Shown here: positions 1 to 8,187 of the stretch, in pieces
Layout of the letters: each line of letters opens with the position of its first letter
Position numbering within the stretch: the stretch's first letter is position 1
Origin: Actinomycetota bacterium
Lineage (GTDB): Bacteria > Actinomycetota > Actinomycetes > Propionibacteriales > Propionibacteriaceae
Reading direction: 5' to 3'
NCBI GenBank assembly: GCA_016213595.1
Contig: JACRAA010000041.1
Location: forward strand, 1-35,969
Length of the DNA stretch: 35,969 bases
Position numbers and translations under genes: made by a program
Notes under the pieces: model-generated
Database searches by the model: none
What the model saw: the letters and a program-made list of their open reading frames with translations, nothing else
What the model was told of the DNA's origin: nothing

Positions 1-212
1 AGCTGCTCGAGCTCAAGGCCGAGGGCCAGACGATCCTGCTCGTCGAGCACAAGCTGGACCTCGTCATGACCGTGTCCGACCGGATCATCGTCATGGACGG
101 CGGCCGGGTCATCGCGGTCGGGACTCCGGAGGCTGTACGGAGCGACCCGGCCGTCATCGAGGCCTACCTCGGCCGCCGCCGGGGAGCCGAGGAAGGTGCT
201 TCCCATGACTGA
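1..212 (+). CDS. ABC transporter ATP-binding protein, LivG-like, 3' fragment (5' end outside window)
   Basis: Frame 3 reads LLELKAEGQTILLVEHKLDLVMTVSDRIIVMDGGRVIAVGTPEAVRSDPAVIEAYLG, ending at TGA 210-212. This is a typical ABC D-loop/H-loop and branched-chain C-terminus. The stop overlaps the start of the next gene. Confidence 0.8.
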   Translation, partial: LLELKAEGQTILLVEHKLDLVMTVSDRIIVMDGGRVIAVGTPEAVRSDPAVIEAYLGRRRGAEEGASHD

Positions 213-933
213 CCTGCTCGTCCTCGACGACGTCCACGTCTACTACGGCCCGTTCCACGCCCTCCGGGGGAACACCCTCACCGTGGGGGAGGGCGAGATC
301 GTCTCGCTGCTCGGCGGCAACGCCAGCGGGAAGTCGACGACGATGAAGACGATCCTCGGGCTCGTCAAGGTCCGCTCGGGCACCGTCCAGCTCGCCGGCA
401 GGGACATCACGCACGCCTCGACGAGGGCGCGGGTCCAGTCGGGCATCGCGTCGGTGCCCGAAGCCCGGCGCGTGTTCCCCCAGATGACGGTGGACGAGAA
501 CCTGTTGGCGGGTGCGTACACGCGTCGCGATAAGGCGGGCGTCGCGGAGGACCTCGAGCGCATGCGCGACCACTTCCCGCGCCTCGCCGAACGGCGGCGC
601 CAGGAGGCGGGCACCCTGTCCGGCGGGGAGCAGCAGATGCTCGCCTTCGCGCGCGCCCTCATGAGCAGGCCCAAGCTCGTCTGCATGGACGAGCCGACGA
701 TGGGCCTGGCGCCCAAGCTCGTCGACCAGGTCCTCGACGAGATCGCCCGGATCAACGCGGAGCTGGGCGTCGCCGTGCTGCTCGTCGAGCAGCAGGCCGA
801 GCTCGCGCTGTCCATCGCATCCCGGGGGTACGTCCTCGCGACCGGCGAGATCGTGCTGCAGGGCCAGGCGCAGGAGCTGCTCGACGACCCGCAGATCCGG
901 GAGGCCTACCTCGGCAAGGGAGTCGCGAGCTGA
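205..933 (+). CDS. ABC transporter ATP-binding protein, LivF-like (branched-chain amino acid type)
   Basis: Walker A GGNASGKST, signature LSGGEQQML, Walker B LVCMDEPTMGLAP. ATG at 205 overlaps the upstream stop (ATGACTGA). The track start at GTG 196 is also possible. Confidence 0.85.
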   Translation: MTDLLVLDDVHVYYGPFHALRGNTLTVGEGEIVSLLGGNASGKSTTMKTILGLVKVRSGTVQLAGRDITHASTRARVQSGIASVPEARRVFPQMTVDENLLAGAYTRRDKAGVAEDLERMRDHFPRLAERRRQEAGTLSGGEQQMLAFARALMSRPKLVCMDEPTMGLAPKLVDQVLDEIARINAELGVAVLLVEQQAELALSIASRGYVLATGEIVLQGQAQELLDDPQIREAYLGKGVAS

Positions 934-969
934 GTGTCCTCGTACAGGCCGGTGTCGTAGGATCCCAAC

Positions 970-1989
970 GTGGCGGCCGACGATGACGAGAACGAGCTGG
1001 GACGGCCGGCGACGATCTATGAGGTGGCCGAGGCCGCGGGCGTGAGCCCGTCGACCGTGTCTCGGACGTTCTCGCGGCCGGGACGGGTCTCCGTACGGAC
1101 CGCTGACCACGTGCGTGAGGTCGCCGCGCAGCTCGGCTACCGGGTCGACGGCGTCTTCCGGCCCACGTCCCCGCAGCAGACCAAGCTCATCGCGATGGCG
1201 ACCGCGGATGTGACGAACCCGTTCTACTTCGGCATCCTGCGCGGCGCCGAGTGGGCCGCCGCTCGCGCCGGGTACACCTTGCTGCTCATCGACGCCCAGG
1301 AGTCCGAGACGATCGAGCGGCAGAACCTGCAGCGGGTGCTGCCCCTGGTCGCCGGCATGGTCATCGCCTCGACCCGCACCTCCGACACCGTCCTGCGGAG
1401 CGTCTCGAAGAGCACTCCCGTGGTCGTGCTGAACCGCCAGGTGGGCGGCCTCGCCTGCGTCATCCCCGACTCGCCCCGCGGCATGCGTCGTGCCATCGAG
1501 CACCTCGCCACGCTCGGCCATCGCCACATCCACTACCTGCCGGGCCCGGAGGCGTCCTGGATGAACGGGATCCGGTGGCTCGCCATGCGCGAGGCGGCGG
1601 CGGAGCTCGGCCTGCGCGAGACGCGGCTGACGCCGGCGATCCCGACCGTGGAGGGCGGCCACCATGCCGCGGACGAGGTCGTGGCCAAGGGTGTCCGCGC
1701 CGTGGTCTGCTACAACGACGTCATGGCCATGGGCCTGATGCGCGGCCTCCGCGCACGGGGCATCCGGGTGCCGCAGGACATCAGCGTCGTCGGCTTCGAC
1801 AACACGTTCGCATCAGACCTCGTCACGCCTCGGTTGACGACGGTCGCGGCTCCGCTGACGACGATCGGCGAGACCGCGATCCGGCAGGTGCTCGCGATGA
1901 TCGGCGGCGCGAGGCCGCGGGGGGACGCGCCGACCCTCGTGCCCGTACGGCTCATCGTCCGCGAGTCGACCGGCGCGCCGCGGGCCTGA
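970..1989 (+). CDS. LacI family transcriptional regulator
   Basis: N-terminal HTH ATIYEVAEAAGVSPSTVSRTFSRPGRVS followed by a periplasmic-binding-protein-like sugar-binding core (VVCYNDVMAMGLMRGL, ISVVGFDN). Confidence 0.9.
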   Translation: MAADDDENELGRPATIYEVAEAAGVSPSTVSRTFSRPGRVSVRTADHVREVAAQLGYRVDGVFRPTSPQQTKLIAMATADVTNPFYFGILRGAEWAAARAGYTLLLIDAQESETIERQNLQRVLPLVAGMVIASTRTSDTVLRSVSKSTPVVVLNRQVGGLACVIPDSPRGMRRAIEHLATLGHRHIHYLPGPEASWMNGIRWLAMREAAAELGLRETRLTPAIPTVEGGHHAADEVVAKGVRAVVCYNDVMAMGLMRGLRARGIRVPQDISVVGFDNTFASDLVTPRLTTVAAPLTTIGETAIRQVLAMIGGARPRGDAPTLVPVRLIVRESTGAPRA

Positions 1990-1996
1990 CGGCTCG

Positions 1997-3265
1997 TCAG
2001 CGCAGCCGGTACAGCACCTCGCCGGCGTTCTCGACGACGATCGTGTCCGGGTCGGCCTTCCAGGCCTCGACGTCGATGCTCGCCGGGTCCAGGTAGCCGA
2101 GGTTGACGCTCTCGCAGACCTCGCGCGAGATGCCGGTCGCGAGCGTGACCCGGATCCGGTTCGTCTCCACGCGCGACACCGGGTCGTACGTCCCGGCGCC
2201 GCGGACGTGTGTCGAGTGCGCGAGCACGCCCTTCGGCACGTCCTGGAACCGGTCCCACTGGCTCGTGAAGTACTCGATGCAGTGGTAGCCGATGTCGTAG
2301 ATCTCGTGGTGGGTCTCGGACACCTCGGTCACATGTGGCGCGTAGATGACCACCTCACCACCGTCGGCCATGGCCGGCTGCGCCTTGTAGCAGCCCTTCG
2401 CCGCGGTCCAGATGTCCTCGTAGCGGGTGGGCATCATCGCGAGCATCCGCTGGAACGGGGTGTCGGTGTAGACGATGTGGCTCTCGGCGGCGATCTCGGC
2501 GGTGGCCGTCCAGGCGTCCTCGGAGGTGCCGAACGCCGCAGCCTCGAGCAGCCCGCTGCCCGACTCGACGACGAGGCACAGCGCGAGCCGTTCGGTCGGG
2601 ATGAGCTGCGCCCCGGCGTTGATGATCGCCCGTACCGGCGTGACCCCGGTGACCCCGATCATCTTCTCGACGCCGATCAGCGCACCGACCCAGTGCGACA
2701 GGTCGATGATGTCGTGCGTCGCGCAGCCCGGGATGAAGTACTTGTTGCCCCCGGAGATCCCGGCCACCTCGTGGGGGAACACCGGGCCGATGACGATGGC
2801 GTAGTCGCTCTCGACCACCCGGCGGTTGATCTCGACCTCGACGGCCTCGCTCATCGCGCCCAGGCTGAGCTCGGAGATCTGCTCTGCGCTGAGCCGGCCC
2901 ACGGACACGATCTGGCTGGACCGCGCCCACTCGTGGTTGACGATCTCCAGCCCTGGGTACAGCGCGTCCAGCCCACCCGGCTCCGCGCCGAACATCCGCT
3001 CGATCTCATGCGGCTCCATGTAGGAGTGGGTCCCGAGCGCGATGATCGCGGTCAGCTTCCCGACCCGACCGATGAGAGCCTTGTGGACGATCCCCATGAC
3101 GAGCGGCATCGGCATGCTCCGGGTCCCGTCCGGCACCACGAGCACCACGTCCTTGCCGTCGAGCGGCAGGGGAGCGAGGTTGCGGTTCACGAAGTCGGCG
3201 AGCTCGGCGTCCGACAGGTGCTCGTGCGCTCCGCCGATGACCTCTAGCGGAATCTGTGTCGTCAC
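1997..3265 (-). CDS. LarA-like nickel-dependent racemase/epimerase family protein (DUF2088 / Lar_N domain)
   Basis: The translation carries LarA-type motifs: VLVVPDGTRSMP, IALGTHS, PHEVAGISGGNKYFIPG, THDIIDLSH. Start placed at GTG 3265, preceded by AGGAGGA (reverse complement of tcctcct at 3269-3275). The 51 upstream codons of the track ORF have no support. Confidence 0.75.
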   Translation of the reverse strand: MTTQIPLEVIGGAHEHLSDAELADFVNRNLAPLPLDGKDVVLVVPDGTRSMPMPLVMGIVHKALIGRVGKLTAIIALGTHSYMEPHEIERMFGAEPGGLDALYPGLEIVNHEWARSSQIVSVGRLSAEQISELSLGAMSEAVEVEINRRVVESDYAIVIGPVFPHEVAGISGGNKYFIPGCATHDIIDLSHWVGALIGVEKMIGVTGVTPVRAIINAGAQLIPTERLALCLVVESGSGLLEAAAFGTSEDAWTATAEIAAESHIVYTDTPFQRMLAMMPTRYEDIWTAAKGCYKAQPAMADGGEVVIYAPHVTEVSETHHEIYDIGYHCIEYFTSQWDRFQDVPKGVLAHSTHVRGAGTYDPVSRVETNRIRVTLATGISREVCESVNLGYLDPASIDVEAWKADPDTIVVENAGEVLYRLR

Positions 3266-3306
3266 TGGTCCTCCTGTGTCGCCTTGACCGTACAACGGGC
3301 AATCTT

Positions 3307-3320
3307 CTGCAAGGTTGCCG
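3307..3320. promoter_or_regulatory. Imperfect palindrome CTGCAAGGTTGCCG in the larA-like/uxaC divergent intergenic region; possible LacI-type operator
   Basis: GCAA/TTGC arms around a 2-nt centre, inside an 86-bp divergent promoter region next to a LacI gene. The palindrome is imperfect and the call is by eye only. Confidence 0.25.
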
Positions 3321-3351
3321 CCGCCGTGTGTTGCCAGGCGAGGATTGCGAC

Positions 3352-4770
3352 ATGCCCGCGCTGACGCTGCATCCCGACAGGCTCTTCCCCGCTGAGACGA
3401 CGACGCGCGATGTCGCACGCCGCCTGTACGAGACAGTCAAGGACCTGCCGATCATCTCGCCGCACGGTCACGTCCCGCCGCAGTGGATCGCGGACAACAC
3501 GCCGTGGACCGACCCGACGAGCCTGCTGCTGAGCCCGGACCACTACATCAACCGGCTGCTCCACGCGCACGGCGTCGAGCTGTCGAGCCTCGGCGTCCCG
3601 CCGGGCAAGGTGACCCTGAGCGACGACGAGGCGCGGGCGGCCTGGCGGACCTTCTGCACCCACTGGCCGGTCTTCCGCGGGACCCCCGTGCGCTACTGGA
3701 TGGAAGCCGAGCTCGTCGAGATCTTCGGGGTGGACGTGCGCCCCTCGGCCGAGACCGCCGACGCCATCTACGACCAGATCTCCGCCACGCTGGCCCAGCC
3801 CGACTTCCGGCCCCGGCAGCTCATGGACCGCTTCCACATCGAGTTCATGGCCACGACCGACGACCCCTGCGACGACCTGCACTACCACCAGCAGCTCGCG
3901 GCGGACAGCTCCTTCACCCACCGTGTAGCCCCCACCTTCCGCCCGGACCGCTACCTCGAGCCGGCGCGCGACGGCTGGACTGCACTCGTCGACACCCTGG
4001 CCACTGTGTCGGGCATCGACACGGAGTCGTACGACGGCTGGGTCAAGGCGATGGAGAACCGCCGCGCGTACTTCAAGGCCAACGGCGCCGTCTCCAGCGA
4101 CCACGCCCACCTCGACCTCGACACCACGCCGCTGCCGGCCGGTGAGGCGAGCCGCCTGTACCGGAAGGCGCGCGCCGGCCAGATCACGACGGAGGAGGGC
4201 GACGCCCTGCGCCGCACCATGCTGTTCGAGATGGCGCGCATGGCGAGCGAGGACGGCCTCGTGATGACGCTCCACCCGGCCGCCTTCAGGAACCACCACA
4301 CCGAGACCTTCGAGACGTACGGACCGGACGTGGGCGCTGACGTGCCGATGGCGGTCGAGGCCACTCGCGCCCTGCGGCCGATGCTCGACGCGTTCGGCAC
4401 CAACCCGACCTTCCGGCTCGTCGTGTTCACCATGGACGAGGCGATCTACGGCCGTGAGCTCGGCCCGCTGGCCGGGTTCTACCCGTCGATGTTCGTCGGG
4501 GTGCCGTGGTGGTTCATCGACGCCCCCGACGCGATCAAGCGGTTCCGCAAGGCGCTCACCGAGCCGGCGGGCTTCACGAAGACGTCCGGCTTCATCGACG
4601 ACACGCGGGCGTTCCTGTCGATCCCCGCCCGCCACGACATGTCCCGCCGCATCGACAGCGTCCACCTCGCCGATCTCGTCGTCGACCACCGGCTCGAGGA
4701 GGACGAGGCGCTCGAGGTCATCCACGACCTCGTGGCCGTACAGCCCAAGGAGGTGTTCCGCCTTGGCTGA
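3352..4770 (+). CDS. uxaC: Glucuronate (uronate) isomerase
   Basis: MPALTLHPDRLFPAETTTRDVARRLYETVKDLPIISPHGHVPPQW is the classic UxaC N-terminus. Length is about 472 aa. ATG 3352 was chosen over the track start at 3256. Confidence 0.9.
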   Translation: MPALTLHPDRLFPAETTTRDVARRLYETVKDLPIISPHGHVPPQWIADNTPWTDPTSLLLSPDHYINRLLHAHGVELSSLGVPPGKVTLSDDEARAAWRTFCTHWPVFRGTPVRYWMEAELVEIFGVDVRPSAETADAIYDQISATLAQPDFRPRQLMDRFHIEFMATTDDPCDDLHYHQQLAADSSFTHRVAPTFRPDRYLEPARDGWTALVDTLATVSGIDTESYDGWVKAMENRRAYFKANGAVSSDHAHLDLDTTPLPAGEASRLYRKARAGQITTEEGDALRRTMLFEMARMASEDGLVMTLHPAAFRNHHTETFETYGPDVGADVPMAVEATRALRPMLDAFGTNPTFRLVVFTMDEAIYGRELGPLAGFYPSMFVGVPWWFIDAPDAIKRFRKALTEPAGFTKTSGFIDDTRAFLSIPARHDMSRRIDSVHLADLVVDHRLEEDEALEVIHDLVAVQPKEVFRLG

Positions 4771-6127
4771 GCACACGCTGTCCCGCGAGGCGTACGGGAG
4801 GCCCCGGAGCACCGTCCGTACCGTCCACCTCGGTCTCGGCAACTTCTTCCGGGCGCACAGCGCCTGGTACACCGAGCACAGCTCAGCGGACTGGGGCATT
4901 GCCGCGTTCTCGGGTCGCAGCGACACCCACGTCGCAGAGCTCTCCGCCCAGGACTGCCTGTACACGCTCGTCGAGCAGGGCAAGGAGCTCCACACCGAGG
5001 TCATCTCCTCCCTGTCGGCCGTCCACACCGGCCATGACCTGGACGCCTGGCGCGGCTACTTCGCGTCGCCCGACGTGACCGTCGTGACGCTGACGATCAC
5101 CGAGGCCGGCTACGTCCGGGACTCGTCGGGTGCCCTCGACGTCGCCAACGACGCCGTCCGCGACGACATCGCCGCGCTGAAGGAGTCGCCCCTCACGGGC
5201 ACAGTGACCACCGCTCCCGGCAAGCTCGTCGCAGGGCTGCTGGCCCGCCGCGATGCCGGCGCCGGACCCATCACCCTCGGTCCCTGCGACAACCTGGTGA
5301 AGAGCGGAGAGATCACGCGTCGGGTCGTCGAGGAGCTCGCTGCTCAGGTCGACGAGTCGCTGCAGGGCTGGATCGACGCCAACGTCGGCATCGTGACGAC
5401 GATGGTCGACCGGATCACGCCGCGTCCGACCGAGGCCGACATGGCCACCGTCGCCGAGATCACCGGCGTCAGCGATCGCGCACCTGTCGTCACGGAGCCG
5501 TTCACGGAGTGGGTCATCGAGGGCGACTTCGTCGCCGCACGTCCCGCCTGGGAAGAGGCCGGGGCCACGTTCGTCGACGACATCGTCCCGTTCGAGCACC
5601 GCAAGCTGTGGCTGCTCAACGGCTCCCACTCGCTCATGGCCTACGCCGGACCGATCATGGGCCGGGAGACCGTCTACGAGGCGATCACCGACCCCACCCT
5701 CCGCAGCTGGGTCGAGGAGTGGTGGGACGCGGCGGTCAAGTACCTTCCGCTGCCCGCTGACCAGCTCAGCGCGTACCGGAAGGCGCTCGTCGAGCGCTTC
5801 GAGAACCCGTCGATCCGCCACCTGCTCAGCCAGATCGCCGCCGACGGGTCGCAGAAGATCCCCATCCGGTTCGTCCCGACGCTGAAGGCCGAGCTGGAGA
5901 ACGGGGTCGTCAACCCGGGCGCGACGAGGCCGATCGCCGCATGGGTGCTGCACCTTCGTGGGTACGGCCCTGTCCCGGTCACGGACTTCCGCGGGGACGA
6001 GGTGAAGGGGCTCGTGGTCGAGGACGAGGCGAAGACCGTCCAGAACGTCCTGAAGTGGCTGGGCATCGACAACGACCAGGTGGCCGAGACAGTCCTCCGC
6101 CAGCTGCACGAGATCCTCGAGGCGTGA
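4763..6127 (+). CDS. Mannitol dehydrogenase family oxidoreductase (fructuronate/tagaturonate reductase-like)
   Basis: VHLGLGNFFRAHSAWY dinucleotide-binding N-terminus, then TMVDRITPR and NGSHSLMAY motifs. TTG 4763 is the only start candidate after AAGGAGG (4747-4753) and overlaps the uxaC stop, which suggests coupling. Confidence 0.8.
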   Translation: MAEHTLSREAYGRPRSTVRTVHLGLGNFFRAHSAWYTEHSSADWGIAAFSGRSDTHVAELSAQDCLYTLVEQGKELHTEVISSLSAVHTGHDLDAWRGYFASPDVTVVTLTITEAGYVRDSSGALDVANDAVRDDIAALKESPLTGTVTTAPGKLVAGLLARRDAGAGPITLGPCDNLVKSGEITRRVVEELAAQVDESLQGWIDANVGIVTTMVDRITPRPTEADMATVAEITGVSDRAPVVTEPFTEWVIEGDFVAARPAWEEAGATFVDDIVPFEHRKLWLLNGSHSLMAYAGPIMGRETVYEAITDPTLRSWVEEWWDAAVKYLPLPADQLSAYRKALVERFENPSIRHLLSQIAADGSQKIPIRFVPTLKAELENGVVNPGATRPIAAWVLHLRGYGPVPVTDFRGDEVKGLVVEDEAKTVQNVLKWLGIDNDQVAETVLRQLHEILEA

Positions 6128-6169
6128 CGGAAAAGCGTGACAAGAGGCGTGACGGAAGAGGTGTGACGG
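6122..6169. repeat. Four direct copies of G(C/T)GTGAC(G/A)(G/A) at 12-14 nt spacing in a purine-rich tract
   Basis: GCGTGACGG at 6122, GCGTGACAA at 6135, GCGTGACGG at 6147, GTGTGACGG at 6161. A fifth GCGTGACGC lies at 6690, just after the osmC stop. Confidence 0.7.
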
Positions 6170-6260
6170 AATAGGAGCCGTACGGGCCCGGTTGCCGAAG
6201 ACATCCACAGTCGAGGCACCTCTCGTGCCGCGACGCGTCCACTCTCGAAGGGAAACCGTG

Positions 6261-6689
6261 ATGGCCACCACCAGCACCGCCCGTACCACCTGGCAGGGAT
6301 CACTCACCGAGGGGTCGGGCGAGACCACCCTCGTCACGTCCGGAGCCGGCACCTTCGGAATGACCTGGCAGAAGCGGGCCGAGTCGGGATCCGGCGGCAC
6401 GAACCCCGAAGAGCTGCTCGCTGCCGCGCTCGCCACCTGCTACTCGATGGCACTGTCGAACGCGCTCTCGAAAGCAGGCACTCCGCCGACGAGCCTGGAC
6501 ACGACCGTTGACATGACGTTCCAGCCCGGTACCGGCATCACCGGCGCCAAGATCACCGTTTCCGGGGCGGTCCCCGGGATCACGTCCGAGACGTTCACCG
6601 AGGCCGCGGAGAAGACGAAGACGGACTGCCCGGTCTCCCAGGCGCTGTCCGGCGTCGACAAGACGCTCGAGGTGTCGTTCCAGGGCTGA
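6261..6689 (+). CDS. osmC: OsmC family peroxiredoxin
   Basis: TTWQGSL...GTNPEELLAAALATCYSMALS...CPVSQAL carries the two conserved OsmC cysteines. ATG 6261 was chosen; GTG 6258 is an alternative. Confidence 0.85.
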   Translation: MATTSTARTTWQGSLTEGSGETTLVTSGAGTFGMTWQKRAESGSGGTNPEELLAAALATCYSMALSNALSKAGTPPTSLDTTVDMTFQPGTGITGAKITVSGAVPGITSETFTEAAEKTKTDCPVSQALSGVDKTLEVSFQG

Positions 6690-6851
6690 GGCGTGACGCG
6701 ATCCGGACAGCAGACGGTCGGGGACACCCTGTAGCGGGCCGGTGGAGGGATCTGGCGCGCAGATCGAGTCGGTGCTCCCTGCGGGGGAGCCCGGCAGGGG
6801 TGCGAGCATGCGCGCTGGTAGTTTGTCCGACAGCCACGACTGGAGGACCTG

Positions 6852-7892
6852 ATGACCGACGGCCCCGCGCTCCCCGCTTTCGGACCGGGACGACACCTGC
6901 TCTCGGTGAGCCAGTTCGACCGCGAGGGGCTTGACCGGCTGTTCGGCCTCGCCGAGTTCGTCACGCCGATCGCGGAGCGCAAGAGCGTCTGTACCGTCCT
7001 CGACGGCGCCGTGCTGTGCAGCCTGTTCTTCGAGCCCAGCACCCGGACGCGCCTGAGCTTCGAGTCGGCCTTCCTGCGCCTCGGCGGGGAAGTCACGACC
7101 ACGACAGGTTTCACGTTCTCGTCGATGGCCAAGGGCGAGTCGATCGCGGACACCTCCAGGGTGGTCTCGGGCTACACCGACGTCCTCGTCGTCCGTCACC
7201 CCGACGAGGGCTCGGTCGCGGAGTTCGCCGCGGCCTCGCTGGTGCCGGTCCTCAACGCCGGCGACGGTGCGGGGGAGCACCCTTCCCAGGCGCTGCTCGA
7301 CATCTACACGCTGCGCCGGGAGCTGGGCGCTCGCGGCAAGGCCATCGACGGCTGCACGATCGCCATCGTGGGCGACCTGCGCTTCGGCCGTACGGTCCAC
7401 TCGCTCATGAAGCTGATGGCCATCTTCTCGGCCATCACCTTCCGGTTGTTCTCGCCGCCGAGCCTCGAGCTGCCGGACGCGATCGCCCGGCTGGTCAGGG
7501 AGCGGGGCCACGCCGTGGTCCACTGCGACTCCGTGGTCGAGGCGGTCGCGGGCGCCGACGTGGTCTACGCGACCCGTGTCCAGCGCGAGCGCCTCACCGA
7601 GGAGCTGCCCCCGTCGCTGCGCGGCAGCCTCCTCAACCGCGCCATGTTGCAGGAGGCCGGCGCGATGGACATCGTCATCATGCATCCGCTGCCGCGCGAC
7701 TCCCGCAGTGACTCGTACGACCTGTCACCCAGCGTCGACGACCTGTCGGGGCTCGCGATCTTCCACCAGACGGACAACGGCATCCCTGTCCGCATGGCGC
7801 TCTTCCTCACGGCGCTCGGCGTCTCCGCAGAGGCCGTACAGATGACACTGCGCCAGCGGCCGTGGAACGCCCGGCTGCGCTGGGAGAGCTGA
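6852..7892 (+). CDS. pyrB: Aspartate carbamoyltransferase catalytic chain-like protein (orphan, with extended C-terminus)
   Basis: FFEPSTRTRLSFE, VVRHP, HPSQALLD, GDLRFGRTVHS, YATRVQRER and HPLPR all match ATCase rather than OTCase signatures. The product is 346 aa, with about 25 extra C-terminal residues. No pyrR, pyrC or carAB is nearby. Confidence 0.8.
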   Translation: MTDGPALPAFGPGRHLLSVSQFDREGLDRLFGLAEFVTPIAERKSVCTVLDGAVLCSLFFEPSTRTRLSFESAFLRLGGEVTTTTGFTFSSMAKGESIADTSRVVSGYTDVLVVRHPDEGSVAEFAAASLVPVLNAGDGAGEHPSQALLDIYTLRRELGARGKAIDGCTIAIVGDLRFGRTVHSLMKLMAIFSAITFRLFSPPSLELPDAIARLVRERGHAVVHCDSVVEAVAGADVVYATRVQRERLTEELPPSLRGSLLNRAMLQEAGAMDIVIMHPLPRDSRSDSYDLSPSVDDLSGLAIFHQTDNGIPVRMALFLTALGVSAEAVQMTLRQRPWNARLRWES

Positions 7893-7940
7893 GGAGGCGC
7901 CGGAGAGCTGAGGAGGCGCCGGACAGCTGAGGAGGCTTGT
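7884..7940. repeat. 19-bp tandem repeat, 2 perfect units plus 1 degenerate, spanning the pyrB-like stop codon
   Basis: GAGAGCTGAGGAGGCGCCG at 7884-7902 and at 7903-7921; GACAGCTGAGGAGGCTTGT at 7922-7940. Each unit contains TGAGGAGG. Confidence 0.85.
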
Positions 7941-7964
7941 GGCGCGCGGGCTACCATTCCCCGC

Positions 7965-8156
7965 ATGACATTGCCTCTGCTCATGCCACTGGAGTGGCCG
8001 GTCCAGCACCCGTCGGCCATCGCCTACATCGTGCTGCTGCTGGTCCTGCCCATGAGCGTCGGGGTGATCGTGGCGCTGCTGGCCTTCGTGCCTCACTGGC
8101 GCCGCAGCCTTGACGCTCCCGAGCCTGCCGCTCAGGTGGTCCGCCGCGACTCCTGA
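7965..8156 (+). CDS. Small hypothetical membrane protein (63 aa)
   Basis: One clear hydrophobic helix ([25 protein letters not shown]) and high third-position GC. No obvious SD sequence. Confidence 0.45.
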   Translation: MTLPLLMPLEWPVQHPSAIAYIVLLLVLPMSVGVIVALLAFVPHWRRSLDAPEPAAQVVRRDS

Positions 8157-8187
8157 GAGGTCGGTCGTCCGTGGCAGAGTGGGCGCC

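Noticed and set aside
154-1665. Long ORFs antisense to recognisable genes. Examples: 154-1665(-), 3262-5028(-), 4883-6436(-), 6300-7685(-), 8845-10068(-), 9774-10937(-), 10960-12531(-), 14119-14934(-), 15125-16477(-), 16915-17931(-), 18145-19365(+), 19088-20389(+), 22114-23367(+), 24131-25174(-), 25450-26541(-), 27771-28853(+), 28929-30710(-), 31699-32598(-), 34461-35939(-).
   Set aside because: These are typical shadow ORFs of high-GC DNA. Their translations are Arg/Pro/Gly/Ala-rich low-complexity strings with no motifs. The opposite strand in each case encodes a protein with clear family signatures.
6122-7940. CRISPR array, considered because of the short direct repeats at 6122-6169 and 7884-7940.
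   Set aside because: The repeats are only 9 and 19 bp long, with 3-4 copies. They are either contiguous or separated by 3-5 nt rather than by about 30-bp unique spacers. There are no cas genes.
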